Of a stretch of 64,000 nucleotides of DNA, positions 28,790-39,386 are shown in pieces. Each line of letters opens with the position of its first letter. Positions within the stretch are counted from its first letter, which is position 1. A program made the position numbers and the translations under genes. The DNA lies in contig CBDBOV010000003.1 of assembly GCA_965208575.1 (NCBI GenBank), positions 780,088 to 844,087 of the forward strand. Direction: 5' to 3'. Below the pieces are notes generated by a model that saw only the letters and a program-made list of their open reading frames with translations, was not told where the DNA came from and made no database searches. Source of the DNA: Spirochaetia bacterium (GTDB taxonomy: Bacteria; Spirochaetota; Spirochaetia; SZUA-6; Bin103).

Positions 28790-30586
28790 TCAGCGCTGCG
28801 CCGAGCGGGCCGCGTCAGCCTCGGCGCGCGCGCCGCTCCACAGGTGGCGCATTTCGGCGCTGGAGTCCAGCAACTGGTCCAGCGTGCCGCGGGCCGTGAT
28901 GGCGCCGTTCTCCAGCACCACCACGAGGTCGGCGCGGCGGAGCAGCGCCTGGCTGTGCGAGACTGCCACCACCGACAGTTCCGGGGAACGGGTGAACAGG
29001 TTGCGCCACAACTGTGCCTCGGTCTCCACGTCCAGTGCGCTCGACAGGTCGTCCACCACCAGCAGCTCGGTGTCGCGCACGAACATGCGCGCCGCGGCGA
29101 TGCGCTGCGCCTGGCCGCCGGACACGCGTACCCCGCGCGGTCCGACGATGGTGTCCAGGCCCTGCTCCAGGGCGTCCAGGTCGGTTTCCAGCATGGCGGC
29201 GCGTACCGCCGACGGCAGGTCAACCTTGTTGCGCGGCAGGCCGAGCAGGACGTTGTCGCGCAGCGACGCACTCAGCAGCGCCGGCACCTGCGGCGTGTAG
29301 GCCACCCGCGGCGGCACCATCGCCGTGGCCTCCTCGCTTACCGGGCGGCCGTTCCACAGCACGCGGCCCGCGTCGGCGTACAACAACCCCAGCAGCACCT
29401 TCAGCAAGGTAGACTTTCCGGCCCCGATGCGGCCCACCACGGCCACGCGCTGGCCGCGTCGCACCTCCAGATCGATGTCCCGGATACCCTCTCCGGAGGC
29501 TCCGTAGCGGAACGATACGCCCTCCACGGTCAGCCGTTCGAAGCGGTCGGCGGCGCTCTTTGGCCGGTACGGGATCTTCGGCAGCGGGCCGCGCAGGTGC
29601 ACGCTGCTCGGCGCCACCAGGGCGCGCGGCTCGGCGTCGCCGAACAGCTCCTGCAGCCGGTCCAGCGATACCCCGGCCTGGCGCAGGCGGGTCAGGAAGC
29701 CGCCGAACATGCCGACCGCCTGATGCGAGAGAAAGGTCAGGTTGTAGACGAACAGCGAGAAGTCGCCGACCGTGAAGCTGCCGTCGATCATGGCCCCGGC
29801 CGCCACCACCATGATGACCCCGGTGCCGATCTGCGCCATGTTGTCGAAACCGGAGCTGAGCAGCTTGGTCAGGAGCTGGTCGCGCACCGCGCCGTCCAGG
29901 CGGCGGTCGTTGAGTTGCTCGAAGCGGCGCGCGGCGCGCTCCTCGGCGGACAACGCCTGCAGCGCCGGAATCGCCGCGTACAGCTCGGCGATAAAGCTGG
30001 TCACGGCGCCGGTGTCGCGCCGGAACCGGGCATGCACGGTGCTGATCCGCTTGCGCAGGAAGCGTACGATCGCCACCACCACGGCCAGCGGCACGAACAC
30101 CAAGGCGGTGAGCAGCGGGTCGATGCCGACCATGACGACGCCCCCGGCGACCGCGAACGCCAGCGTGCCGACCTGGAAGGATGCCTCCATCAGCAGCTTC
30201 ACGACGCCTTCCACGTCGTCGCGCAGCCGGCTGATCGCCTCGCCCGGCGTATGCGGCAGCGCGTGGCCGGCGGGCCGGCTCAGGACACGCTCCAGGACGT
30301 TCTTGCGCAGCAGCGAGGCGAGCGCGAACTCGGTGCGGAAGTGCAGCGGCACGTCCACGAACACCACCACCGAGCGCGCCAGGGCGATGGCCACCAGGCC
30401 GCCGCACAGCAGCCACGGCCCGAACACCAGCGGACGGGCGCCGCTCAGTTCGTCGAGCAGCACGCGCGAAACGATGCCGATCATCTGGAACGAGACGCCG
30501 AACACCAGCACCCGCGCACAGGTCATGAACAGGAAGTTCCACTTGCGGTAGCCGAGCAGCCGCGCCAGCACGGCCAGCCTGCTCAC
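28790..30586 (-). CDS. ABC exporter half-transporter (DD type), paralogue of 24905..26908
   Basis: GTG 30586 overlaps the upstream stop. [33 protein letters not shown]. Confidence 0.88.
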   Translation of the reverse strand: MSRLAVLARLLGYRKWNFLFMTCARVLVFGVSFQMIGIVSRVLLDELSGARPLVFGPWLLCGGLVAIALARSVVVFVDVPLHFRTEFALASLLRKNVLERVLSRPAGHALPHTPGEAISRLRDDVEGVVKLLMEASFQVGTLAFAVAGGVVMVGIDPLLTALVFVPLAVVVAIVRFLRKRISTVHARFRRDTGAVTSFIAELYAAIPALQALSAEERAARRFEQLNDRRLDGAVRDQLLTKLLSSGFDNMAQIGTGVIMVVAAGAMIDGSFTVGDFSLFVYNLTFLSHQAVGMFGGFLTRLRQAGVSLDRLQELFGDAEPRALVAPSSVHLRGPLPKIPYRPKSAADRFERLTVEGVSFRYGASGEGIRDIDLEVRRGQRVAVVGRIGAGKSTLLKVLLGLLYADAGRVLWNGRPVSEEATAMVPPRVAYTPQVPALLSASLRDNVLLGLPRNKVDLPSAVRAAMLETDLDALEQGLDTIVGPRGVRVSGGQAQRIAAARMFVRDTELLVVDDLSSALDVETEAQLWRNLFTRSPELSVVAVSHSQALLRRADLVVVLENGAITARGTLDQLLDSSAEMRHLWSGARAEADAARSAQR

Positions 30587-32376
30587 TGCAGCACCTGCTC
30601 GGTCCCGTGCGCGTGACGCAGCAGCTGCGACAGGCGGGAGGCGGGATCGGCCAGCAGGTCGCCGCGGCGGCCGAACTCCGCCAGCCGCCCCCCGTCGAGC
30701 AGCGCAATGCGGTCGGCACGCATCACGGTGGCCAGCCGGTGGGCGATGATGATCGCCGTGCGCCCCGCGACCAGCCGGTCGACGGCGCGTTCGATGGAGC
30801 GCTCGGTGCCGGGGTCGAGGCGCGAGGAGGCCTCGTCGAGCACCACCACGCCGGGGGCGCTGAGCAGGAACGCCCGCCCGAACGCCAGCAGTTGCGCCTG
30901 GCCGGCGGACAGCTCCGCGTTCTGGCCGGCCAGCTCGGTGTGGATGCCGTGCGGCAGTTCCCGCCACCACCTGCCCAGACCCAGGTCGTCCAGCACCTCC
31001 CGTACGCGCTCGTCCGGCACCGCGGTGTCGAACAGGGTCAGGTTGTCGTGCACCGAGCCGTGCACCAGGTCGACGCGCTGGTTGACCATCGCCAGCCGGG
31101 CACGCAGATCGGCCAGCTCCAGCGAGCGCACGTCGTGGCCGCCGAGCCGGACGCTGCCGCGGTCCACGTCGTAGAACCGGAACAGCAGCCGCGACAGGGT
31201 GGTCTTGCCGCTGCCGGTGCGCCCGATCAGGCCCAGCACCTCGCCCGCCGGGAGGTGCAGGGAAACCTCCTCCAACACCGGGTTGGCCGGGTCGTAGCCG
31301 AACGTGACCGCGTCGAAGTCGATGGCGAGCGCACCGGGCGCCAGAGACGGCCTGCGCGCTGCGGCGTCGAAGCGTACCGGCGGCGCGGGCAGCGCCGATC
31401 GCGCCCGGAACAGCCGCACCGCGCGGCGCGCGGCCGCCGCGGCGCGCTGCAGGTCTTCCATCTGCCACGTTACCACGCGCAGCGGCCGGGACATCATGCC
31501 GGCATAGTGGAACACCAGGTAGGCGACGCCGAGGGTGGCGCCGCCGTGCAGGTACAGGAATGCGCCGAGGCCGAGTCCCACCGCGAAGCCGAGGGTATCC
31601 ACCATCAGCCACGAGTTGACCATGAAGGTGGTACGCATGGCGGCCTTGATCTGGTGGCGCAGGAAGCGCCTGGTGAGGCGGTAGAACTGGCGGATCACGA
31701 ATGGCTGGCCGGCGCTGGTGTGAATGTCCTCCATGCCGGTGAGGGTCTCTTCCAGGAAGCCGAACAACTCGCCGCTCGCCTGCCGGGTACGCTGCCACTG
31801 CTCCACGCCGATGCTGCGCAGCGCCAGCAGCAGGGACCACGACACCACCACGTAGCCGGCCATCACCGCACCCACCCGCCAGTCCTGGCTGAACACCACG
31901 GCCATCACCCCGACGATCACCAGCGCGTTGCCCACGATCTGCACCGCGAACTCGGCGAAGTAGTTGCTCATCAGCGTGATGTCGCCGTCCACCCGCTCGA
32001 TCATCTCGCCGGGCGTGTGGTCGTGGTGGAAGCGCAGGTCGAGGCGCACCGTGTGGCGCAGCAGGTCGGCGCGCAGGGCGTTGGTGGACTGCCAGCCGAT
32101 GCGCACGCTCAGCAGCGTGGCGACCACCGTGATCACGTAGGCGAGGGTGGCCGCTCCGCCGTAGGCGGCTCCCCACCACACCAGGCCGGCGAGCGCGGCG
32201 CCGGCCGTCGCCGCGTCGATGACGTGGCGAACGATCAGCGGGGTCAACGCCTGGGCGCCGGTGCTGGCCAGCAGCAGCGCCCCGAGCAGCGCCACGGTGC
32301 CGCGCCGGCGCCGCAGGTAGTGGCGCAGCATGCCGAACAGTGTTACCGGCAGGGCGGAGGGGGCAGCGTCGGTCAC
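30583..32376 (-). CDS. ABC exporter half-transporter, paralogue of 26914..28701 (start uncertain)
   Basis: [32 protein letters not shown]. Confidence 0.88.
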   Translation of the reverse strand: MTDAAPSALPVTLFGMLRHYLRRRRGTVALLGALLLASTGAQALTPLIVRHVIDAATAGAALAGLVWWGAAYGGAATLAYVITVVATLLSVRIGWQSTNALRADLLRHTVRLDLRFHHDHTPGEMIERVDGDITLMSNYFAEFAVQIVGNALVIVGVMAVVFSQDWRVGAVMAGYVVVSWSLLLALRSIGVEQWQRTRQASGELFGFLEETLTGMEDIHTSAGQPFVIRQFYRLTRRFLRHQIKAAMRTTFMVNSWLMVDTLGFAVGLGLGAFLYLHGGATLGVAYLVFHYAGMMSRPLRVVTWQMEDLQRAAAAARRAVRLFRARSALPAPPVRFDAAARRPSLAPGALAIDFDAVTFGYDPANPVLEEVSLHLPAGEVLGLIGRTGSGKTTLSRLLFRFYDVDRGSVRLGGHDVRSLELADLRARLAMVNQRVDLVHGSVHDNLTLFDTAVPDERVREVLDDLGLGRWWRELPHGIHTELAGQNAELSAGQAQLLAFGRAFLLSAPGVVVLDEASSRLDPGTERSIERAVDRLVAGRTAIIIAHRLATVMRADRIALLDGGRLAEFGRRGDLLADPASRLSQLLRHAHGTEQVLQ

Positions 32377-32453
32377 CGGAGCCGCAAGGTACGGGTCAGC
32401 CGCCGCGCCGGGCAACCGAAGCCGGTGCCGCCGCCGGCAGCGTTACTGCGCCA

Positions 32454-33773
32454 TCAGTCGTACCGGGGTATGCGCGGCGTGTACTCCCATACCGCCATCG
32501 GGTCGACGTCGTCGGGCGGGCTGACGCCGTGTTCGGCCGGCTTCGGAATCGGCCCATCCAGAATCGGGTCGTTGGTGGCGTCCATCCAGTGCGCCAGCCG
32601 TTCACGCAGGTCGGCGAGGGTCGCCGCGTGGCGCGGTTCGCGGGCGAGGTTGGCCGCCTCGTTGGGATCGAACACCAGGTCGTAGAGCTGTTCCTCGGCC
32701 ATCGGCAGCTCGGCCCAGCCGTGGCGCAGCACCAGGTCCTTGCTGATGCTGTTGTCGCAGTTGGCCAGCGACGGGATGGCGCGGTCGGTAAAGCGGCGGA
32801 TATACTTCCACCGCCTGGTGCGGATCATGCGCTGCGGCTCATACTGGCCGTGGTAGTTGACCTCCGCGAACACGGCGTCGTTGATCTCCTCCGCCTCGCC
32901 GCGCACCAGCGGCAGCAGCGAGCGCCCCTGCAGCCACGCCGGCGGATCGATCTCCAGCAGCTCGCACAGGGTCGGGAACAGGTCGATGTGCGACACCAGC
33001 GCGTCGCTCACCCGGCCCCCCTCAAAGCCGCCCGGCCCGCGCAGCATCAGCATCACGCCGGTGCCGTGATCGGTCAGGTTGCACTTCATGCGCGGAAACG
33101 GCAGGCCGTGGTCGGTGGTGCAGATCACCAGCGTGTTGTCCGCCAGGCCGGCGTCGTCGAGGGCGCCGAGCACCGTACCGACGCCGTGGTCGAGGTCGGT
33201 GAGGCTGGCCTGGTAGGCGGCCATGTCGGCGCGCGTCTCCGGAGTATCGGGAAACGGCGCCGGCGGGCGTACGTAGCGGGCGTCGTCGGCCGGTGCCGGC
33301 GGCGGAAACCGGCGATGGGTCTCGCTGAATCCGACGGTCAGAAAGAACGGCTCCGGCGGCGCGGCGCCGAGAAACTCGGCCGCCGCCGGTGCTACGTCGC
33401 GTGCCTTGCGCGATGCGGTGTCGAGGATCTTGTCGTAGCCGATGGTGCGCGGGTCGCGGCGCACGTGCTGAACCCCGCACAGGGTGCTGCGGTAGCCGGC
33501 CGGGCGCAGCGTGTGCACCAGGTGGCGGCTCGGATCGGCGAGGTCGAAGCCGCGATTGACCAGTCCGAACTGGCCGGCGCTGTGCGGGCACATGCCGGTC
33601 AGCAGCGCGGCGCGGCTCGGCGAGCAGGTGGGAGCCGCGTTGTACGCCTGCCGGAACAACAGGCCCTGCTCCGCGAGCCGCTGCAGGTTGGGTGAGCGCA
33701 CGCCGTAGCCGTACGGCTCGATGTAGCGTCCGGTGTCGTGCGAGTGCAGGTAGATGATGTTGGGCCGTGCCAT
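32454..33773 (-). CDS. Sulfatase (N-sulfoglucosamine sulfohydrolase-like)
   Basis: PNIIYLHSHDTG, CSPSRAALLTG, TTDHG..FPRMK, EEQLYDL. Confidence 0.92.
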   Translation of the reverse strand: MARPNIIYLHSHDTGRYIEPYGYGVRSPNLQRLAEQGLLFRQAYNAAPTCSPSRAALLTGMCPHSAGQFGLVNRGFDLADPSRHLVHTLRPAGYRSTLCGVQHVRRDPRTIGYDKILDTASRKARDVAPAAAEFLGAAPPEPFFLTVGFSETHRRFPPPAPADDARYVRPPAPFPDTPETRADMAAYQASLTDLDHGVGTVLGALDDAGLADNTLVICTTDHGLPFPRMKCNLTDHGTGVMLMLRGPGGFEGGRVSDALVSHIDLFPTLCELLEIDPPAWLQGRSLLPLVRGEAEEINDAVFAEVNYHGQYEPQRMIRTRRWKYIRRFTDRAIPSLANCDNSISKDLVLRHGWAELPMAEEQLYDLVFDPNEAANLAREPRHAATLADLRERLAHWMDATNDPILDGPIPKPAEHGVSPPDDVDPMAVWEYTPRIPRYD

Positions 33774-33909
33774 GGCCCACCACTGTGCCGCCAATACGCG
33801 CCTGCGATCAACCGACCAGGGAACGATTCGCCTGGTATGAAGCGTCAGCGACGATCCGCCCGTTGTCTGGTGTGCGCTGACAGCGTCCGGCTGCCGGGAG
33901 CAGGCGCCC

Positions 33910-34749
33910 TTACGCTTGCGTCCGCGGCGGGGGCATCAGGGCGGCGGCGCGGGTGGCGCAGGCGGCGGCGATGCGGTCGGGCGGCTGCCGCCACCAGTGG
34001 CGCGCGGAGAACACCTCGAACTCCAGCGGGCCGGTGAAGCCGGTGGCCGCGACTTTCGCCAGGAACGAGTCGAAGTCGATCACTCCGTCGCCGGGCATGC
34101 CGCGGTCCAGGCGCAGGTCGCGAGTGTCGGGCAGCCAGTCGGCGACGTGCAGGTGCAGCAGGCGCGGGCCGGCGCGCGCGATCTGCGCCGGCAAGTCCGG
34201 GTCCCACCAGGTGGCGTAGCTGTCCAGCGCGATGCCGACGCTGGTTCCGGCGTCGAGCAGGTCGCACCAGTCGTTGGCCTGCGCCAGGGTGGTGAGCACG
34301 CCGCGGAAGGCGCAGGTCATCGGGTGCAGCGGCTCGATGGCCAGCCGTACGCCGGCGGCGCGTGCGTCGGGCAGCAGCCGGGAAATTCCCTCCAGGGCAC
34401 GGTCGCGGGCGCAGCGCAGGTCGCGCTCGCCCTCCTCCAGGCCTCCCGAGATGGTAACCAGGGAGCGCGCGCCGATCGCCGCCGCGTCATCGAGCAGGCG
34501 CCGGTTGTGCTCCAGCGCCGCCTGCCGGCGGCGCGAGTCGCGGGCGGTGAGCAGGCCGCCCGGGCACAGCGCCACCGCCTCGACGCCGTGGTCGTCGAGC
34601 AGGCGCGCCGCCGCCGCCGCGCCGATGTCGGCCAGCTTGTCGTGCCACACCGCGGTCAGGCCAACCCCCTGCCGCTGGAGGGCCGCCACGCAGGTCGCGA
34701 AGTCGCGTTCGAAGCCGAAACAGACCTGGTGGATGCAGAGCGAGGTCAA
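33910..34749 (-). CDS. Sugar-phosphate isomerase/epimerase (xylose isomerase-like TIM barrel)
   Basis: LAIEPLHP, ALDSY, HLHVADW, DRGMPGDG, EFEVF. Confidence 0.88.
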   Translation of the reverse strand: MTSLCIHQVCFGFERDFATCVAALQRQGVGLTAVWHDKLADIGAAAAARLLDDHGVEAVALCPGGLLTARDSRRRQAALEHNRRLLDDAAAIGARSLVTISGGLEEGERDLRCARDRALEGISRLLPDARAAGVRLAIEPLHPMTCAFRGVLTTLAQANDWCDLLDAGTSVGIALDSYATWWDPDLPAQIARAGPRLLHLHVADWLPDTRDLRLDRGMPGDGVIDFDSFLAKVAATGFTGPLEFEVFSARHWWRQPPDRIAAACATRAAALMPPPRTQA

Positions 34750-34756
34750 TGGCGGC

Positions 34757-35467
34757 TCAATAGTCGGCGCGTCCGCCCGATACGTCGAATGCCATGCCGG
34801 TGGTAAAGCTGCACGCCGGGCTGGCCGCGAACACGGCCATGGCGGCGATTTCCTCGATCCTGGCGAAGCGCCCCATCGGGATGCGTGCCCTGCGGTCGGC
34901 GACGTACTCCGCGGACATGCCTTCCAGGAACGGCGTTTCGGCCATCGACGGGGTGATGCAGTTCACCAGCACGCCGGATCGCGCCAGTTCGCGGGCGAGC
35001 GTCTTGGTGACGCCCACCACGCCGGCCTTGGCGGCGCCGTACGCGATGGCGTCGGGGTTGCCCTCCTTGCCGGCGATCGAGGCGATGTTGACGATGCGCC
35101 CGTAGCCGCGCTCACGCATGCCGGGAATGAGCGCCCGCGAGCACAGGAACACACCGGTCAGGTCGACCGCCAGCACCGCGTTCCACTCGGTGAGGGCGTA
35201 CTCCCAGGCCGGCTTGGTGGGGCCGTTCACACCCGCGTTGTTGACCAGGATGTCGACCTCCCCGGCCGCCGCGGCGGCGCCGTTCACGGAAGCCTCGTCG
35301 CTCACGTCGACGCCGCAAAAGCGCGCGAAGCAGGCGTCTTCCGACGGCCGCAGGTCCCATCCTTCCACGCGCGCGCCCGATTCGCACAGCAGGCGGGCTA
35401 TGGCCAGCCCGATGCCGCGCGCCGCGCCGGTCACCACCGCGGTCTGCCCGGCGAAATCGAGCTTCAT
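34757..35467 (-). CDS. Short-chain dehydrogenase/reductase
   Basis: VTGAARGIG, VNNAG, IASIAGKEGN, YGAAK, DVSGGR. Confidence 0.92.
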   Translation of the reverse strand: MKLDFAGQTAVVTGAARGIGLAIARLLCESGARVEGWDLRPSEDACFARFCGVDVSDEASVNGAAAAAGEVDILVNNAGVNGPTKPAWEYALTEWNAVLAVDLTGVFLCSRALIPGMRERGYGRIVNIASIAGKEGNPDAIAYGAAKAGVVGVTKTLARELARSGVLVNCITPSMAETPFLEGMSAEYVADRRARIPMGRFARIEEIAAMAVFAASPACSFTTGMAFDVSGGRADY

Positions 35468-35544
35468 CGGGCGCACCGCCGTTGACGCGCCGCAACCGGC
35501 CTCCCTACGCTGTGCCCGGCGACGGCCGGCGGGAGCGAACAGCA

Positions 35545-36042
35545 GTGGGATCCGACTTCTACGTCCGCGTGGGGCAGCGCACCCGGTTCACCAAGACCGT
35601 GGGCGAGTCCGATGTCTACCTGTTCGCCGGCATCACCGGCGACCTTTCCCCCAATCACGTCGACCAAGTGTACATGGAGCGCTCCCGTTTCGGCACCCGC
35701 ATGGCGCACGGCGCGCTGCTGGTCGGCTTCATGTCCACCGCGTCGACGATGGCAATCGCCCACACCCGCGGTGCGCCCGAGACGCCGGTGTCGGCCGGCT
35801 ATGACCGCATCCGGTTCATAAAGCCGGTGCTGCTCGGCGACACCATCACCGTGACCTACACCATCGCGGCCATCGACCGGGCGCGGCGCCGCTCGACGGC
35901 GGAGATAGAGGTCGCCAACCAGCACGGCGACGTCGTGGCGGTGGGGCGGCACATCCTGCAATGGGTGCCGGACGACCCGTCGCGAGACGGGCCGGGCGAC
36001 GGATCGGGCCGCGCGGCACGCGACCAGTCTACGGGCGCGTGA
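35545..36042 (+). CDS. MaoC-family (R)-enoyl-CoA hydratase/dehydratase
   Basis: FAGITGDLSPNHVD, RMAHG, RFIKPVLLGDT. Confidence 0.9.
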   Translation: MGSDFYVRVGQRTRFTKTVGESDVYLFAGITGDLSPNHVDQVYMERSRFGTRMAHGALLVGFMSTASTMAIAHTRGAPETPVSAGYDRIRFIKPVLLGDTITVTYTIAAIDRARRRSTAEIEVANQHGDVVAVGRHILQWVPDDPSRDGPGDGSGRAARDQSTGA

Positions 36043-36181
36043 GGCGGCGGTAGTCGCGGCCCCCGCACGGGAGCCGGTGGTGGCACCCGGCGTCGCACCG
36101 GGAGCGCCGCTCCAATGCAGCCGGTGGCCGCCACGGGAGGCGAGGGTAGCCGGCTCGCGGCGTGCCGCCGGGAGGCGCCAT

Positions 36182-37225
36182 TCACCCGGCGGGCGTGACC
36201 GTAACGCTCGTACCGGTGCGTGCGGCTTCGAACAGGGCCAGGGTGGCGGCCAGCGTGCGCTGGCCCTCGCGGCCGGTGACGAGCGGCGCGGCGCCGTCGC
36301 GGATTACCGCGCCGAAGTGGGCGAGTTGCAGCGCGAACGCGTCGCCGCCCGGCACGCGCACGCTCTCCGCGGCGAGCGGGCTGGTCCAGCTCTTCTTGCC
36401 GCGATAGCGCCACACGGTCAGGCGCGGGAACTCCAGCGCCGCCTCGGTTCCGAAGAAACGGATCAGACTCTGCCGGTTGATCGGGAACTGCGGGCTCTCT
36501 CCGGATGCCTGCTCCCAGCTCCACGGCGACGGGGCGGAGTCGGACATCACCACGCTTGCCAGCGCGCCGCCGGCGAAGCGCAGGGTGAATGCGGCGGAAT
36601 CCTCGGTGGCGAAACCGCGTACGCTGTTGGCAGTGAACCCCGCCACCTCGGCGATGTCGCCGGCCAGGTAGCGCAGCAGGTCGATTTCGTGGATCAGGTT
36701 GGTCAGCACCGGTCCGCCGCCGGGCTGCCGGCGCCACGCCGCCTCGTAGTAGCTGTCCGGTTTGCGCATGCACCAGATGGTGCTGATTGCCACCAGCCGG
36801 CCCAGGACGCCGTCGTCGAGGAGCCGTTTCGCCGCCGCCGCCGCCGGGTTGTAGCGCCGGTGGTGGCCGACCAGCAGCGCCACGCCGGCCTGTTCGGCCG
36901 CGCGGTTCAATCGCTCGGCAGACTCGACGGTCGCGCCGATCGGCTTCTCGATCAGAGCCGGCACTCCGGCGTCGATGCAGCGCAGCCCGACCTCCTCGTG
37001 CAGCCCGGTCGGCGAGGCCACGATGGCGCCGTCGATCGGTGCACCGGACAGCAGCTCATCGACACCGCGGCAATAGCGGGCGCCGTGCGCGCGCGCCGCC
37101 TGCTCGGCCGCCGCATCGGGGTCGACCACCGCGGCCAGCCGGCACTCCTCGCTGCCGGCCAGGTAGCGAACGTGCTTGCGGCCCATGTAACCGGCGCCGA
37201 TCACGGCAATGCGCAGCGCGCTCAT
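36182..37225 (-). CDS. Gfo/Idh/MocA oxidoreductase
   Basis: IGAGYMG, LIEKP, VGHHRR, GGGPVLTNLIHEID. Confidence 0.92.
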   Translation of the reverse strand: MSALRIAVIGAGYMGRKHVRYLAGSEECRLAAVVDPDAAAEQAARAHGARYCRGVDELLSGAPIDGAIVASPTGLHEEVGLRCIDAGVPALIEKPIGATVESAERLNRAAEQAGVALLVGHHRRYNPAAAAAKRLLDDGVLGRLVAISTIWCMRKPDSYYEAAWRRQPGGGPVLTNLIHEIDLLRYLAGDIAEVAGFTANSVRGFATEDSAAFTLRFAGGALASVVMSDSAPSPWSWEQASGESPQFPINRQSLIRFFGTEAALEFPRLTVWRYRGKKSWTSPLAAESVRVPGGDAFALQLAHFGAVIRDGAAPLVTGREGQRTLAATLALFEAARTGTSVTVTPAG

Positions 37226-37237
37226 CGGGTACCCTCC

Positions 37238-38767
37238 CTACTCGGCGAAGTGCTCGCCGGCCATCGCCGCCGGCGGCCGCGGGAGCAGCGGGCGGAACGC
37301 CATGCGCGCCAGGATGTCGGCCTCCAGGTCGGCCCCCGGCGCCACCTCGTCCAGCCGCAGCCCGCCGCCGGTCAGGGTGAACACGGCGCGCTCGGTCACG
37401 AAACGCACCGTCTGGCCGCGCGCCATGGCCTGTGAGCCGGAGAAGGTTATCTGCGCCACCTCGCGCACGAACTTGGCGATGGCGCCGTGGCGATGCACGG
37501 CCAGCCGGCCATTCCCCGGCCGCACGTCGGCGCCCTTGGCCTCGAAGGTGCCGCAGAACACCACCGTGCGCGCGTTGTCGGCGATGTCGACGAATCCGCC
37601 CGGCCCTACCGTGAGCCCGCCGAGCTTGGAGGCATTGACGTTGCCGGTCGCGTCCACCTCGCCGAACCCGAGGAAGGCAATGTCCAGTCCGCCGCCGGAG
37701 TAGAAGTCGAACTGCGACGGGGCGTCGATCATCGCGGTCGGGTTGCGCGCGTAGCCGAACAGCATGCCGGTGAGCAGGTCGCCGCCGTAGGTGCCGTGCT
37801 CGATCGTCTGGTAGTAGAGCCCGGTCTCCCCGCGCGCGGCCACCATCGCCGCCACCGCGTCCGGAATCCCGAAGCCGTAATTGACCGTGGCGCCGGGCTT
37901 CAGTTCCATGCGCGCGCGCCGCGCCACCACCTGGCGTACGTCGAACGGCGGCGGCGGCGGCGGTTCGACCGACCGCCGCCGCTCCCCCGACAGCGAGGGA
38001 TCGTAGTTTACGGCATAGCTCTGCCGCTGCTCCGGGTCGACCACCACGGCGTCCACCAGCACGCCCGGAATGCGCACGGCGCGGGCCGGCAAGCTGCCCT
38101 CCGGCACCAGTTCCTGTACCTGCACGATTACCGTGCCGCCGCTGTTGTGGGCCGCCGCCGCCATGGCGTACAGGTCGACGTTGGCCGGCTCCCGGTCCAG
38201 GCTCACGTTGCCCTCGGCGTCGGCGCAGGAGCCCTTCAGCAGCGCCGCGTCGATGGCGAACGGGCGGTAGCGCAGCAGCTCGCGGCCGTCGATCTCCACC
38301 AGTTCCACCAACTCGTCGCGGGCGCTCGCGTTGAGCCGGCCGCCCTCGTGGCGCGGATCGGCAAACGTGCCCAGGCCGACGTGAGTGAACAGCCCCGGGC
38401 GGCCGGCCGCGATCTCGCGCAGGAGCTGCATCAGCACGCCGCCGGGCAGCACGTACGCCTCGATCTTCTCGCTGCGCGCCAGCTCCTGCATGCGTGGCGA
38501 CCACACCCAGTGGCCGCCGATCACCCGCCGCACCAGCCCCTCATGGGCAAAGCAGTTCATGCCGCGCCGGTCGCGGTCGCCGATGCCGAGCGCGTGCACG
38601 CAGGTCAGTCCGCGCGGCGCGCCGGTGTCCAGAAAGCGGCGCTCCACCGCCTGGTGCAGCGTGGTGGCCTCGCACAGCCCGCCGCCGCCGCCTACCAGCC
38701 CCACGGTGGCTCCGTCCTCGATCAGCGCCGCCGCCGCGGCCGCCGACACTACCTTGTTCGGCTTCAT
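37238..38767 (-). CDS. Family I acyl-CoA:carboxylate CoA-transferase (YdiF/Pct-like, fused)
   Basis: EAYVLPGG, VGLGTFADPR, VNYGFGIP, IEHG, GPGGFVDI, FVTERAVF. Confidence 0.9.
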   Translation of the reverse strand: MKPNKVVSAAAAAALIEDGATVGLVGGGGGLCEATTLHQAVERRFLDTGAPRGLTCVHALGIGDRDRRGMNCFAHEGLVRRVIGGHWVWSPRMQELARSEKIEAYVLPGGVLMQLLREIAAGRPGLFTHVGLGTFADPRHEGGRLNASARDELVELVEIDGRELLRYRPFAIDAALLKGSCADAEGNVSLDREPANVDLYAMAAAAHNSGGTVIVQVQELVPEGSLPARAVRIPGVLVDAVVVDPEQRQSYAVNYDPSLSGERRRSVEPPPPPPFDVRQVVARRARMELKPGATVNYGFGIPDAVAAMVAARGETGLYYQTIEHGTYGGDLLTGMLFGYARNPTAMIDAPSQFDFYSGGGLDIAFLGFGEVDATGNVNASKLGGLTVGPGGFVDIADNARTVVFCGTFEAKGADVRPGNGRLAVHRHGAIAKFVREVAQITFSGSQAMARGQTVRFVTERAVFTLTGGGLRLDEVAPGADLEADILARMAFRPLLPRPPAAMAGEHFAE

Positions 38768-38848
38768 CGCCGTGCGTGTCCCTCGTCGGGTCGGGCCGCC
38801 GCGGCGCCAACCGCGGCGGGCCGGGAGGTCAGCGGCCGCGTTGTGCCG

Positions 38849-39271
38849 TCAGCCCTGCCCCGTGTGGCAGTTGATCATCCAGCCGATGCCGAACCGGTCG
38901 GTGCAGGTGCCGAAATAAGCGCCCCAGAACTGGTCCTGCATCGGCATGGTGACGCGCCCGCCGTCGGACAGCTTCGCGAACAGCTCGTCCGCCTGCTGCT
39001 TGCTGTCCGGCCCAAGGGAGAGCGAGAAGTTGGTTCCCTGCACCGGGAGCGGGCTGAACTGCTCGATGGTGTCGCTGCCCATCAGCACGCCGCCGCCCAC
39101 CGGCAGGGTGACGTGCATGATCAGGTCCTTCGCCTCCTCGGGCGCCTGCATCTCGGCCGGCCCGTCCCCGAAGGTCTGCATGAACAGGAAATCGCCGCCG
39201 AACACGGAGCGATAGAATTCGAACGCTGCCCGGCATTCGCCGGCGAACGTCAAGTAAGCGTTTATGGTCAT
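38849..39271 (-). CDS. PhnB-like VOC family protein
   Basis: YLTFAGECRAAFEFY, IMHV, LMGSD, QFWGAYFG..TDRFGIGW. Confidence 0.9.
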   Translation of the reverse strand: MTINAYLTFAGECRAAFEFYRSVFGGDFLFMQTFGDGPAEMQAPEEAKDLIMHVTLPVGGGVLMGSDTIEQFSPLPVQGTNFSLSLGPDSKQQADELFAKLSDGGRVTMPMQDQFWGAYFGTCTDRFGIGWMINCHTGQG

Positions 39272-39386
39272 GGTTGTCCGCGCCAAAGAATACCGGCACC
39301 CCGGCGCGCCCCGCAACGGGCGTTGTCGGCGCGCGCCTGCCACCCGGTAGCGGCAAACGCCGTCGCCGGATACAGTACGCCCGATC

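Noticed and set aside
28790-32179. 1129-aa ORF as a single ABC protein
   Set aside because: Only 30586-28790 is coding; the rest overlaps the upstream transporter in another frame.
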